DNA from: the human T2T-CHM13v2.0 reference genome, Homo sapiens | DNA length: 64,000 bases | Direction: 5' to 3' (one strand) | NCBI RefSeq assembly: GCF_009914755.1 | Contig: NC_060937.1 | In this document: positions 45,295-64,000 of the stretch, piece after piece | How the letters are laid out: every line of letters begins with the position of its first letter | How positions within the stretch are numbered: the first letter of the stretch is position 1 | Notes under the pieces: generated by a model | Databases searched by the model: none | What the model was told of the DNA's origin: nothing | What the model saw: only the letters and a program-made list of their open reading frames with translations | Position numbers and translations under genes: made by a program

Positions 45295-47302
45295 TCATTC
45301 AGTTGAAATTAAATTATTCTCTATAGTGACATTCTGGGAAATAGCAATTTCATTAAATGAAATATAAGCTCAATAAATAAATTGACAAATTTATTTCTGT
45401 GCATATTTCTAGAGTCACAAATTCCCACTCCTCACAATTTAGATGATCAACTCCACCAATCTTTATCCTTTCTTATGCTTAACCAACAAGAAAATTCATG
45501 TCCAGTCTTTTGCATGATTCAGAATAAACAAAAGGTCAAAATCTCACAAAATATTGAAATTGCTATGGAAAGGGGAGTGAGTTAGTCTCTTTGTGAGTAT
45601 TAGAAGATAGATAAGCCAAATCAATCACTGACTATTTTCAGAATCCATCTTTATAGAAAATATGCTTTAACCTTCCCGCTAAATCCTAGGAATTCCCTGT
45701 CTGCATATATGAGCAACCAGGGTCACTGTAACATTGAGAGGAAATTTTATAAAAATCGTATCATTGAAGGAGAAAATTATGTTATTCATCTACAGCAATG
45801 TTTTAGGATGTAGTCAGATTTAAAATGTGTAAGCATTCATGCATGCAATCATTATTCCTTTTACAAGGAAAAGAATTTTATAAACTGCAACTTAGGTCTG
45901 ATGCCTAAAATTGTTACTAACATCCTAGCAAGAAATGAAAGTTTAGAAAACTACCAGAAGTGACTAAAAACACGAAACCCTGAAGTAAGAAAAGAATAGT
46001 TGTTAGGATAATTAAAGATAAAGAAAATGGGTTTGATATAATTATATGTTACCTAGGAATTGTTGGTGTGAAGTTATGAAAGCACAAGTTAAAAGTTTTT
46101 TTGAATTAGAACTATATAACACAAACTAAAATGCAGAGTCACTTACTATACACTATTTATCATCTTAGGCCTGTGAATTCTGAAGCAATGCCAATTATTA
46201 ACCTATTAATTTAAAAAAATATATACTGAGCACCTAATATAAGCACTGTGCTGTCTATGGTGGATCTTAGAGCTGCCAGGGCCATTCAGTCATTGAACAC
46301 AGTTTTCTTAGGTTCTATGATGTATAAGGCACAGTGCTAAGCGCTACAAACACAAATACTATTTACAAAGCCCATTGTGGAATAGAAGTTTACATATATG
46401 TGGCACAATGTGGTGAGGCTTATATGAGAGATAGGCTCAAACCTTTGTAGGGATCCTATGAGGGACTCAAAATGGTTTAAGGAGGTTAGGAAAGGCTGCA
46501 CACAGGAATTAGATGATTTGAGGATGCTGTATACAGAAAACAAGAGGTTGCTGAGTGAGAAGTTTCCTGTGGCTAAAAGAGTTCAACAAAGGACAGGGGA
46601 ACCTGTGGAAATAGTCAGGGACCAGATGTAAGAACTATGTATGCCCTAGTACCCATTCATATATTATCCTGTGCACTGACTGAAAGCCATCGGAGACTTT
46701 TAAAGAGGGAAATAACTTGTTCGATTAGTTTTCAGGGAAATGATTTAGGGAGCACTAAGGAGGGATCGCTGATGTGGAAGGTGATAAGTTTGAGTATCTA
46801 TCATGTATTAAGTGTTGTTAAATTAAGTTTAGCCTAAATCTGCCTCCTTGTAGTTTTGGCCTAGATGTTTCCCCATATATCAGATTTTTGGATACTCTTT
46901 CTTATGAAGGGCCGTCGATTGTCTATCTGTTGTCTTATATTTTTGAAGGAGTATGCTATATATTCAGAATGCTAGTCTTAGGTACACGTATTGCAACATC
47001 TTCTTCCACTCTGTGGATTGTCTCATTACTCTATTAAATGTGTCCTTTGACAAAGTGATGTTCTTAAAATGGTTTTCTGTGCCCTCTTTAAGAAATGTTT
47101 GCCTTCTTCACAGACATGCAGATGTTCTTTGTCCTTTTCTAAAAGTTTATTTTTACATTTCTATGTGCAATCCATATTGAATTAATTTTTATGTATGATG
47201 TGAGATTATGATTCATTTATTTCCATATAGGTATCTAATTCAATCAGCACTTTTTTTTACAAAAATGTTCTTTCCCCCTTCTGATTAAGAAGAGCATTTT
47301 TT

Positions 47303-47600
47303 GGCCAGGCGCAGTGGCTCATGCCTGTAATTCTAGCACTTAGGGAGGCTGAGGTGGGCAGATCACTTGAGACCAGGAGTTTGAGACCACCCTGGCCAAC
47401 ATGGTGAAACCCTGTCTCTACTAAAAATACAAAAAATTAGCCAGGCGTAGATGGCGTGTGCCTGTAGTCTCAGCTACTCAGGAAGCTGAGGCATAAGACT
47501 CGCTTGAACCCAGGAGGTGGAGGCTGCAGTGGGCTGAGATCATGCCACTGCACTCCAGCCTGGGTGACAGAGCAACAGTCTGTTTCTAAATAAATAGAAA
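47303..47600 (+). mobile_element. AluS
   Basis: Full Alu; TSD-like AAGAAGAGCATTT / AAGAAAAGCATTT. Confidence 0.93.
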
Positions 47601-47755
47601 GAAAAGCATTTCTTATACTTTGAAACTTCCATGGGCATTTTTTATATTATTATCTCTTTTTTAAAAGGTATATGTTCTTCCTATTTTTTATGACTAACTC
47701 CTTATTCAGAATGGGCTTCTCAACATTTTGGGGGCCCAGAATAAGAGTACAAATA

Positions 47756-48084
<329 letters not shown>

Positions 48085-48393
48085 TTACATTCTCCACCTA
48101 TAGATGAAATAATTTAAAGCATTCAGACTAATAATGACTGATAAATTAGGTTGATATTTGAAAAATTATTTTTACATTATTACTTTTGTTCCCTGCCAAT
48201 GACTTTAAATTATCACAAATGCATTAAGTTAAAAAGAATAAAATTTTAAAGATGAGTTCAACAGTGAAAATGTATATATTAGATTCTATTATTTTAAAGA
48301 AATTACTTGTTAATAGAAAAATAGTCACATTTCAGATAATAGGAAAAACATAGAAATGTCCATTTTTGGTCTTTAGAGCATTGACATAGCTTA

Positions 48394-48747
<354 letters not shown>

Positions 48748-49412
48748 TCAAAGGTGTTGTGGATCTAACTTTTGTTTAGGTCAGGCATGTATGTGTCATG
48801 CTGGTATCTAATAGGACATTTTAGTGGTTTCCATTTTCTATGTATGTGACTGGAACAGTAGGAAGCCTGCATGATGGTAACAGATCCTGCTGTTTCTGAG
48901 TCAGTCTATACAGATTGAAGTAGCTTCAATCAGGTAATTTTCAATTGTATTTGATTTTGTTGTAATTACAAAACCCGAAAATCCCAATATTTTCTGAGGT
49001 TTTACTCCAACATATGTGTTAGTTGAAGAGCCACTCTAATAAGGTGCAACTACAGGCTCCTCCCATTCCACACTGTTCTCTACATTATAGTATACACATC
49101 TACTACAGTTCTTATTATTCTTTCTTTCTCCTGCCGAAGTATGAATGCCTCCAGATGGGGATCTAGTCTAATACAGTAGAATTCAACAAGCATTTATGAT
49201 GTTCCAGGCACAGCGCTAGACACGCATAATACAGAGAGGAGGGGGCAAGTGCTGGTGGAATGGGCCCCCAGCACAGAGCACAATATGTGAAATGTTTGGA
49301 AAAATTAGATCTCATTTATCTTTACTTCTAGCCCAGAGTGAGCCTACACTACATGGGCAAATGCATCAGAATGGAAATCTCCCACCAACCCCAAATTCCA
49401 ACCCCAAACAGG

Positions 49413-49413
49413 A

Positions 49414-49451
<38 letters not shown>
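49413..49451. repeat. (CA)n microsatellite
   Basis: Direct read. Confidence 0.95.
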
Positions 49452-49454
<3 letters not shown>

Positions 49455-49539
49455 CACACCAGTGCAAGCACTGCTAACTACCGAGTACATTTTTTCCTAC
49501 TAAGCCAGGCACAGGCCATAGAAAATTCTCACACAACAC

Positions 49540-49880
49540 TCAAGGTTTTCAACCCTAGCTACACAATAGAATTACCTGGAAGCTTCATAAATTCCCAATG
49601 CCCAGATCATACAATAGAGTAATTTCATCTCAACCTCCGAGAGTAGGGCCCAGGTGTCTGATTCTTACAGCTCTCCAGGTGCTTCCAACGTGCAGTCAAG
49701 GTTCTGAACCATTGCTATGCTCTTGCCAGTGAGCACGGTCCCTGGAGCAGTAGCAGCACCCACTACGAGCTCATGAGAAATGTACAATCTCAGTTCCCAC
49801 CCCAGATCCACTGAATCAGTGTCTGCACTTCAACTAGATCCCAGCTGGTGTAAATACTCATGGAAGTTTGACAAGAACCT
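49540..49880. mobile_element. Two adjacent hAT-Charlie MITEs (MER5-like)
   Basis: GGTTTTCAACCCTAGCTACACAATAGAATTACCTGG...GAACCATTG and CCCAGATCCACTGAATCAG motifs. Confidence 0.65.
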
Positions 49881-49913
49881 CAGCACCTTCCACCACCTCA
49901 TCCTCAGTGAGTG

Positions 49914-50070
49914 AGTGTTGGTAGGTTGAATGGTGATTCCCCAAGGATGTCCACATCCTAACACCCAAAGTCCACATCCTAACACCCAAATGTTACCTTC
50001 CATGGCCGAAGGGACTTTGCAGATGTGATTACATTAAGGGTCCTGAAATTGAAACATTATTTTGTATTAT
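49914..50070 (+). mobile_element. MLT1 LTR 5' fragment with 21-bp tandem duplication
   Basis: GTAGGTTGAATGGTG...GGGACTTTGCAGATGTGATTA; GTCCACATCCTAACACCCAAA twice (49949-49990). Confidence 0.75.
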
Positions 50071-50547
50071 TCATCACTTTCACCAGCTGATTAAAGGGCC
50101 AGGCTTCACTGTAAAATTATGAGTTTCCCACTTATAATTATTTCGTGAGGAGGTAGTTTGAAACTACTTAAGTGTCTTGTTCTTCATGCACCTTTCAATT
50201 TATTCATTAATTTATGCACATCCACTTGGACTCATAATTTCCAATTTTATCCAATGGGCTCTCATAGTCTTTTACTGACATTTATTTTGATGCTCAAACT
50301 TTCTCTGATTTGGCTTGTGGGAGCCCTTCTGAGCAGGCTTTTCTGTCATTTCACTGTCCATAACACTCTTTGAGCCCTTCCTTTCTGACACAAGATCTTC
50401 CATGCTCACCTCGTCCTTTCCTTACTCCAGCCCTGGAATTAGCTGTTTCTCCAAGGAGCTCTTGCTCCTTTTAGTGGAGAATGAGTCCAGAGCCAGATAT
50501 GCTCACTGCTCTTGTGATTCTGCTCCCAGGCCCTCTGAGAGGACATG

Positions 50548-50548
50548 T

Positions 50549-50579
<31 letters not shown>
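50548..50579. repeat. (CA)n microsatellite within an old L1 3' UTR fragment
   Basis: Direct read. Confidence 0.9.
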
Positions 50580-50929
50580 CCCTACATACATCAACATTTA
50601 TTTCTGTGCCTATCTATATATGTATAGAAAATGGTGAGTTCAGACAAATTTCAATTTCTGTTCAATATCACAGGGTTTAACCTGGTTTTCTCCCTTTCTA
50701 TGTTTGTACCTTCCTTCCCCTACAATGAGGAGCTTGGCTCCCATTGTTCATTCATTTACTTATTCAGTCAATCCCATTCATGTTTCCATTCTCCTACCTC
50801 TGCCACACCCTCTCCTTCAGGCAGATGCCCTTCCTGTTCCACTTGTGCTCCAACACCCCGCACTGGGGGATTTCAGTGCTGGGCAGTGGGGGTTCTACTC
50901 ACCCAGTGATTACAGTGACTATAAACATC

Positions 50930-52585
50930 AAACTATTACTACAAGACATTATCAATTTGCATTTTTAAAAAGATCGTCTATTATGCTGCTTATAAGAGAC
51001 AGTTAAAAGAAAATAACTGAAACAGTTTGCAAATAAAAGAAAAAGCATATACCAAATCAATACTGACTAAATGAAAGCTGATATGAAAAAAAATTAAAAT
51101 CACTTATAATGTCACCAAGAGACATAAAATAATTATGCAAAAACCAAGAAAAATATATCTGTATGTATTATAACTGTATAATATCTGTAGGCTGAGAGCA
51201 AAAAAAAAACACTGATGAAAGACATCTTAAATTAAATAAATGGAAAAATAGACAGTGTTCATGCACTGGAATACTTGATATTAAGATGTCAATTCTTCCC
51301 AAGCTGACACTTGTGTTCAACACAATGCCAATTGAAATCCCAGCACAAATGTTTGTAGAATCAACAAGCTTATTTAAAAACTTATATTTAAAGGCAAAGG
51401 AACTAGAATAAGGTGAAATAAGTGGAAAAGGACAAATATTTCAGATTCCACTTACACGAGGTGCCTAGAGTAGTCAAATTCATAGAGACAGAAAGTAGAA
51501 TGTTGGTTACCAGGGGCTGGGGGCAGGAGGAAATGCAAAGTGTTCAGTGGGTACCGAGTTGCAGTTTAGGAAGATGAAAAGAGTTCTGGAAGGGGTGATG
51601 GTTGTACAACAAAAAAGAAAACTGAGCTGTCAACAAAAAGGAAAACAAGGAGGGTTCAGCAAGTCAATTTGAGGATATTTTTCCTTTTATATGTGGGAAG
51701 CTGTCCCGGAATGAGGCAGCTGGCAAATTTTAGGACAATGAATCATGTCAGTTTTTCTTTTTATCTTCACAGTGCATTGTTTTTCTACCTGCTTGTCTTA
51801 TTTTTAGAATAATGTAGAAAAAGAAAATGGAGGCTCTTTTTCCTAATTTTGGCATGAATCCCCCTTGTTCCAAATGAAGATGGCATCATGAGGCAGCTCA
51901 AAGAGGAGAGCTTAGGTAATGCACAATGTGTTGGCTGCCTGTCCACATCTGTCCTGCATTGATGTGGTAGGTGAGCAATCTTTTTGTGAAAATCATGTTT
52001 GTGACCATAATCATTTGGATGAATTCTTTTAAAGAAATTAAAATCCCAGAAAGAAAAAAATTCATTATACACCTATTAAGAATGGGAAAAAAAAAAAAAA
52101 CAAAAACCTGGCAGTACCAAGTGCTGACAAGAATGCGGAACAACTATAACTCTCCTATATTGCTTATGGGAATGCAAAATGGTGTGGCCTCTTTGGAAAA
52201 CAACATTTTGACAGTTCTTGTTCTTAAAAAGTTAACCTTAGACCCGCCATACAAACTGTATGTAAAAGTCTGTAGCAGCTTTTCTCATAATTGTCAACAA
52301 ACAACTCAAATGTCCTTGAATGGACAAACCGTTTGGCACACAACCAATGGAATACAACTCACCCATAGAAAGAAACAAGCTACTGACATCCACGTGGATG
52401 GACATCAGATGTAGTATTTTAGTGAAAGAAGCCTATCTGGAAAGGCTACATACTGCATCACCATCTATGTTATGTCCTGGAATAGGCAAAGCTTCAGGGA
52501 CAGAAATGAGATCAGTGGCTACCAAGGAATGGGCATGGTGAACAAGAAAGGAGCCTGCAGAGGGGCACGGGACATTAGTATTGTT
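50930..52585 (+). mobile_element. Patchwork of old L1M fragments
   Basis: ATAAATGGAAAAATAGACAGTGTTCATG, TCAAATTCATAGAGACAGAAAGTAGAATG and GGGAATGCAAAATGGT motifs. Confidence 0.65.
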
Positions 52586-52864
52586 ATTTATTATTATTCG
52601 AGACAAGGTCTCACTCCAATGCCAAGGCTAAAGTACAGTGGCTCAATCACAGCTCACTTCAGCCTCTTCCTCCTGGGCTCAAGGGATCCTCCCCGCTCAG
52701 CCTCCAGAGTACCTGAGACTACAGGCACCCACCAACACACCCAACTAATTTTTGTATTTTTTGTAGAGATGGGATTTTGCCATGTTGCCCAGGCTGGTCT
52801 TCAACTCCTGGGCTGAAGCTGTCCGCCCACCTAGACCTCCCAAAATGAGCCACAGCACCCGGCC
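52585..52864 (-). mobile_element. AluJ
   Basis: AluJ diagnostics GGCTCAATCACAGCTCAC...CTGGGCTCAAG. Confidence 0.9.
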
Positions 52865-53221
52865 ATAGGGCATTATTTTATGGTGGTAGAGCTGTCCTGT
52901 ATCTTGATGAGTTGTACAACTATATGAGCTTGTGAAAATTCACAGAAATATTTACTTTCAGGGACATTTTATTTAGTGAACTTTATTTCATGAAATTGTA
53001 TTTAGGGTAAATCTTATTGTTTGTAAATTACACCTGAATTTGTCCGACTTGTAAAAAACTAAACAAAAAGCTAGGCATCTTCTTTTTATTTCAAGCATTT
53101 ATTTGGTGATTTGTTGTTTGCAGAAGTTTATAGATTTATTTTTTATTTAAATAACAGAATCTTGCAAGTGAAAGGAAACAGGTCATCTTATGTCAATTCC
53201 TACTTTTTTTCTTTTTAAAAA

Positions 53222-56100
<2,879 letters not shown>

Positions 56101-56607
56101 TTTTTTTTTTTTTTGAGTAGCTTTAGTATTTTCCTGCATGTTTTTCAAATAAGGAAAGTAACAGCCAGAGAAAGAAATGACAATGAACAGTCAGCTTTGG
56201 CAATCTGACTATGTAAATTAGCTACCACAGAAGCTAGGATTAACATTAGGGTTTTTTTGGTGATATAACAAATAGAGTCCAGAAAACTGCCACCATATGT
56301 TTACTTGAACCCAGAAATTTGGCAGCAAATTTTTGGAACAGAATTTGTAGTCTTGAAATTCTGCTTTGTTTAACTCTAGGCCATAAAATCTTTAATGGAA
56401 ATGTTTGCTTTAAAAAGTGGCTTATTATGCATACATGATCGATTTTTATAATTTACTAATGTTGGTTTAAGTTTATAAACTATATTATAAATGCCTGGCT
56501 GGATCCCATGAGAAAATCCCAAACAGCAGTTGTCAACCTCTTTAGACTCTGAGCCCTTTCTTCAAACAAAATCTCCCAGTGCATCACACGTATAAAAGAG
56601 CTCAGAA

Positions 56608-56921
<314 letters not shown>

Positions 56922-57310
56922 CTACCCAGTATGGGAGGTAGCTGCACCTAGCAGTGTGTGGGGCTTCCACATGCACACTGCTAATGCCACCACTCCCAAA
57001 TGTCAGTTCGAATCGTAGTTTATGGATTGAACCACAAGGCATAATCACATATTTAATTTGGTTCTTGTTAATGGAGCTTTCAACTGATGATGTCTTTGAA
57101 AGTAGAAGTCTATTGCCTAGCAGGTAATATTCAGTTCAGGGTAACATATCTCTATCCTAGAAATTCACCTGTCACAACGTAAAATGTCCCTTATTGCTTT
57201 GTTTCATCCTTTGGATTGTCCTGCTTTCCTTTTTTAAATAATGCTTTCTATTTGGGGAAGAGCGGGAAGATCAAAGCTCAACTGGTTGAATTCAGATGCT
57301 TTTAAGACAG

Positions 57311-57590
<280 letters not shown>

Positions 57591-57659
57591 TCAGATATAT
57601 GGGTATGAAGCTCAGAACAGACTATTTAAAATAAAATACAGATAAAAATGGATTCTTCC

Positions 57660-58490
57660 ATGTGGATGGCTGCTATCAAACAGAAAATACCAAGTGTTAG
57701 GGAGGATGCAGAGAAATTGGAATTCTTGTGCACTGTTAGAATATAAAATTGAATAACTACCATGGTAAACAGTATGGCAGTTCTCAAAAAATTAACAATA
57801 GAATTTGCATATGATCGATCAATTCTGCTTTTGGCTCTATACCGAAAGAATTGAAAACAGGGCATCAAAGAGATATTCGCACACCCATGTTCATAGCAGC
57901 AGCATTTACAATGCCCAAAATGTGGAAGCAACCCAAGTATCAATCAATGGGATGAGTGGATGAGCAAAATATGGTTTGTACACACAGTAGAATATTATTC
58001 AGCCTTAAAAAAACAGAAATGTCATGATATGCTATAACGTGAAAGATCCTAGAGGACATTATGCTAAGTGAAATAAGTCAGCCACAAAAAGATAAATATG
58101 ATATGATTCCACTTACATAAGGTACTTAGAATAATCAAATTCATAGAGACAGAAACGCTATAAGATTTGACCTTATAGCCATATACATATATTTCAAATT
58201 GTACCCCAAAATGTGTACAATTACAATGTCTCAATTACATATTAAAACTTTAAAACAAGAAAGTAGAACGGTGGTTGCCAGGTGGTTGGGTGGAGGGGAG
58301 AATGGGGAGTTAGTTGTTTAATGGGTATAGTGTTTAATTGTGCAAGATGAAAGCAGTTCTAGAGATGATTGGTGGTGATGGTCACACAACATCACAAAGG
58401 TACTTAATAGCACAGATCTGTACTCTTAAAAGTGGTTAAGATGGTAAAATGTATGTAACATATTTTACCATGATTTTTAAAATTTGGAAA
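57660..58490 (+). mobile_element. L1MB-type 3' end
   Basis: ACACCCATGTTCATAGCAGCA...GGACATTATGCTAAGTGAAATAAG...AAAAGTGGTTAAGATGGTAAA. Confidence 0.85.
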
Positions 58491-59378
58491 AAAATGGATA
58501 AGCCTCCAAACTGAAATAGTAATGGAAGCCAATTCATAGCATGAACGCAGGAAAGGGCCTAAGACTGAACTTGAGGGAGCCGGTAGTCAAGGGCTGGGTA
58601 GGGAGGACGAGCCTGTTAGGAGATGAAGAATGTGGTTCTGCAGGTGGGAGGAAACTAAACAAGCACAGCATCATGGAAACCAAAGGAGGACAGTGTTTCA
58701 AGGAGGAAGGGGTCCAGTGCCAAATGCCCCTGAGAATGCAAAGGGCATGAATTGGGAAATGCCCACAAGTTTTAACAGCACAGCGGTCATTGGTGACCTC
58801 CAGAATCATGTCTTCCATCCAATCTGGTAATCTTTCATGACTGTAAACTCCTTGAGAGCAGGCACCTTGAACAGACCTCTATATCCTCCTGTTTTGCTTT
58901 TCACTTAAGAAGTGTTCAATAAATATTTACTACAGAGTGAACTCAGATGATGGTATTTATGGTATTTTGGGGCAGGTGATGGAACTATACTGTATTCTGA
59001 TTGTGTTGATGATTAGACAAATCTATATATGTGTTAAAACTCATAGACCTGTACACCTCAAAACAATTAATTTTATTGTACCTTAATTTAATTTTTTTTA
59101 AAAAAATGGATTCTTTTTCTTACATGGTGATGGGCTCTTGAGTATTATAAAATGACTCTTGAAATTTTATATATGTTTTCTAAAGAGCTCTTTGTATTTA
59201 TACAAGATTTAATGACATTGAATATTCAATTAAAGATGCAAAGTTTTAAATACACTAGGAGAAATGCAGAAAAGGTGGTAGGCAATATATGGAAATACAT
59301 GTGTGATTTAAGTCAATATTAAGAGGAATGAAAAAGCAAGCAATAAAAATATACGCATTGTCTCTTTTTTTTTTTTAA

Positions 59379-59495
<117 letters not shown>

Positions 59496-59841
59496 TAAGA
59501 CAAATAATTTGTGCTTTATGAAAAATAAATCATGTTTAAGCACAAAAATTCAGTACAGTTTAGAGAAGATTTTTAAAGCGCATACATGTGCACATATTCA
59601 TGATATGCTCTTTATAAAAAGCTTGACTATTGCAGAATTTATCTCTGATATTACCTTCTAAAAATATTTCAATTTAATATGCTTCAGATCTGAATTTGGT
59701 GGCCTCAGTAGTTTAGACCATAATAAACTAAAGGTTTTAGAAATGAAAATTTTTACCAAGAACAATTTAAACTTCTTTATGTTAGATCAACTAACTTAAA
59801 TATATTTATTTTAGGGTATTCAAAATTATCTAAGAAGCTTA

Positions 59842-60174
<333 letters not shown>

Positions 60175-61166
60175 TCATTGTATTATGTTCTGCACTTATT
60201 ATACTAATTACAGATTATGATCCTGTAAGATTCTGAACAAGTAGATTCAGCATTGTTATTAAATACTTATGTGACTTTAAAAGTAAATCAAGGTTTTCTT
60301 CATTTACCTCCATGGAGCTTATAAGAAGGACAGCCAAGAATAAAGTGCAAATACGTTCAAACAATGTTGGCAATATGTTCTATTTTTACTTAAGTGATGC
60401 TATGAGCATTATAGTAGGCACGAACATTTTGCTAGATTATTGATAAATGGCATTACCTCCCTGACGCACAAAAAGTTAAAACTTCACCCAGCTATAACTT
60501 TCTAGTTATGTGAAGAGCAGAGTCTTCATTTTCCTTTCATATTTCTGAATATGAAAGGGTATTTCAGTATCTCCTAACTGCAGAGGCTGTACCAGCCACT
60601 ATAGGAGAATTAGAAAAGAAACAAAAGACTTACTAAGAAACATGAGGTCTTGTTAGAGACATAAAACACACTCCTGAACCAGACATTCGCCAAGCTCTGT
60701 TACCAATTGCAAAATGACATGGCATGTGACTAACACATAAATATCACAAAGAGAGATCCCAGTAAGTGAAAAGTACATAAGTAGTTTTAGGTGCTGTTAT
60801 GTTACTTCTGGGGCTATCTTATTGGCAGTGGGAGCCAGAAGATGACCTGCAGTATAATAGGCAGGTAAGAGCCTGATTCTGTGAGGCTTACCCTTACCTT
60901 ATGTCATACACTTACCTTAATTGTGATGGCATTTCAGTGTGAAACAATCCTGTCCTACAGGATTTCCCTTTTGTAAAAGGGGAAGTCAGACATGAATGAA
61001 GCATTCAAGTGTTAGAACTTGGTCTTCTTTTTTCCCCAGAGTTGTGTTGGCTGATCTCCTGCCATATTTTGGGAAGAATCAGACTGGTAGAATGGTCCAG
61101 TGACTGAAATCAGGTGACTAGGTCACAGCAAATTTAATATTCTGGAATTAATAATAACTCTCAGTT

Positions 61167-61492
<326 letters not shown>

Positions 61493-62759
61493 TTATCAGG
61501 CTTTTTCATCTCCAGTATGCTTTTAAAAAAAGCAAAATTATAGCGAATATCTTAGATAATCACATATTAAAGTCTTAGAATGTGGCATTAATGAGTATGT
61601 CAATCAACACATAAAATTCAGTAACAATTTGAATAATATTATGTGATAACAGAGCTGTACAGTGTTTTATAACTAACATGGTTTCCAATAAGAGCCATCC
61701 CAGAACAAAACTATGCTTCCTAACTTCTGTATGGATTGATATATTAGTTATAAATTTCCTTTTCAAAGATGAGTCTAGGAAGCAATTTTCCATAAAATTA
61801 CAGAAAAGAAATTACTTTATGAATTTGCAAAATTTGACACATAACTCACTTATGTGTACTGATGAGCTGAGAGAATTTCTTCTTTATAAATATAATTCAA
61901 CATGCTACTCTGGCCTCTAACATCTGATCACCCAGTAACCCCTCAAAAGTAATACATGAGGGCCTGTATTGAATTCATACTTTGAATTCATGGCTTAAAC
62001 CCATCCACCATGCCCATTAGTTCAAACACATAACAATTATTTCCTTTAAACAAAAAGGGTTTTAAAAAACTACAGAGCCATGATGAAAAACTAAATGAAA
62101 CAAATACGTGGTAATAAAGCCTTACTTGAAATGATCATCTGTGAAGTTCTCAGCCCTGAAAAGAAGCTTTAGCTTACAGCCAAAGCCCACAGTGTGACAG
62201 GGACCAAAAGGGCACCTCACTGGGACTCCAGGCAAGCCCATTGCATAAGACAGTGCTGAAGACAGAAAACAACTACAACTATTTGAATAAAGTTGCTACA
62301 ACTATTTGAATAAAGCAGCATATAAAAAAGTAGCTACAACTATTTGAATAAAGCAGCATACCTGAGGGGAGGAGGCTACAAAGATGCCAGTCCAGAACCT
62401 GAATGTCATGAGGACAGAAGCCCTAAGCCACCACTGAAAGACTGGGAGGCCCTGTGGACCAAGTGAAAACAACAGGACAGACTTTAGACAGACTGGTAAG
62501 AGCCAAAAGGTAGACACATCCACACAGTGGAACATAAAACTTGAAATTTCATATGATGAAATCTTCATCTAAAAAAAAAAAAAAGCCCAATAAACTTTAC
62601 ATAAAGGAAGATCAATATCCAACTAAATAAAAAGTCAATCTGAAAATGACTAGAAAAACACACTTAAGATTCTCAAAGAGATAAAGCTATTTTTAAAGGA
62701 GTTTTCCTTAAAATAACATGAAATTATAAAATCAGAAGAGAAATCACAGGGCAGAAATA

Positions 62760-64000
62760 ACAGGGAATAGGTTTACCCTCCTGCATTAAACAACTAAAAA
62801 ATGAAAAAAAAAATATATGAAACAGTGGTTTTCAAATATTGGACAATGGGCAGCTCAGGAGAGTTATCCCTGCAAGAGGAAAAACAAGAGTGACTCCTCA
62901 AATTGCCTTAACTCACTGCATGAAGAGAGTTTCCAGGCTGCAATGAGGGAGGGGAGCCAATGCAGACACAGGTGGTCTCCCTGAGTTGAAGAGACAGGGT
63001 TGGGAGGCCAAGGAATCCAAGGCAGCTGCAGTTTGCAAGGCGGAGTACTGCAGAGGAGGGGCTTGCTGCACGTGGACAGCGCTCCAGAGATGGCAGAGAC
63101 TTCACCTCATCCCACCCCCACCAAGTCTATGGATAAATATTTACCAGTGTGTGTGTGTGAGGAAGCTACCTTGAGACTAGTGAAATACCCACTCTAAGGG
63201 AGCAGAAGGAACAATGCCTGGAGCTCACACAGGGTGGGGAACAGTTCATATTCCCACCAGTCAGAGTGGAAAACTTCATAAATTATGGGCATCAGGTAGA
63301 ATACAGAAGGGCATGGCTCAGAAGTGGTACAAGATCAACACTAGGAAAAAAATCCTGCTCTGGTCCATTCTAACAAAGCTTAACAGGAATCCTTGAAAGT
63401 GGCATGCTTTTTCCAAGTGATTTGCTCCATCCCAGAACAGAGTTCTAAAAAACTACATTTCATCTGTGCACAAAAGTCGAGGAAAGCATAATCATGTTAA
63501 GGAGAGACATAAAATATGGAAAGACAGAAAAAACACAAAAGAATCTTCTAGAGATGAAAAGTATAACAACTGAAATTTTTAAAAAGCCAATGGTGGGACT
63601 AACAGATTAATAACAATTTAAAGTATAGCTATAGATACTCTCCAAAATGGAGCACAGAGAAAAATGACTAGAAAAAGAAAGCAACAGCATATCAGTAACT
63701 TTCTTTTTCTAGAAAAAGAAAGCAACAGAGTATCAGTAACTAGAGGGACAATGTCAAGGGGCTTTATGTATGTGTAACTGGCATCTCCAAAGAAGAAGAA
63801 AGAAGAGAGGACAAATATTATTTAAAAAGAATAAAGTGTACTTTTTTTCCAAGCATGATAAAATCTTTAAGCCTACAGATAAAACATGTTCAATGAACCC
63901 CAAACAAAAGAAACAAGGAAAACTACAAGGTACATTGTAATTAAATTGCTTAAAAACAAGAGAGAAAAATCTTAAAGAGAAAGCCTTAGAAGTAGCTAGA
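62760..64000 (+). mobile_element. Ancient L1M 5' UTR/ORF1 remnant
   Basis: A-rich ORF1-like sequence (CTTCTAGAGATGAAAA, GAGAAAAATCTTAAA); diverged. Confidence 0.6.

Overview
Primate, almost certainly human, genomic DNA carrying the 5' part of SGCG (gamma-sarcoglycan) on the + strand. It holds a non-coding first exon ending at 5840, exon 2 (28462-28656, beginning exactly at the ATG) and exon 3 (59382-59483), separated by introns of about 22.6 and 30.7 kb. The rest is ordinary intronic sequence dense in retroelements: more than 20 Alus, L1 and L2 fragments, MIR, MaLR and ERV1 LTRs, a decayed ERVL provirus, DNA-transposon fossils and a U6 snRNA retropseudogene. Apart from the exon 2 ORF, the ORFs I could assign derive from repeats, and the remainder look like chance ORFs. 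I found no evidence of a novel gene system. The most interesting sequence-level observations are a 48-bp-arm palindrome in intron 2, an old L1 with a twin-priming signature, a possible U6-L1 chimera, a composite Alu insertion, several fold-back template-switch scars, and a speculative stop-free exon 2-3 circRNA. Repeat subfamily names come from recall of consensus sequences, not a RepeatMasker run, and repeat boundaries are approximate.
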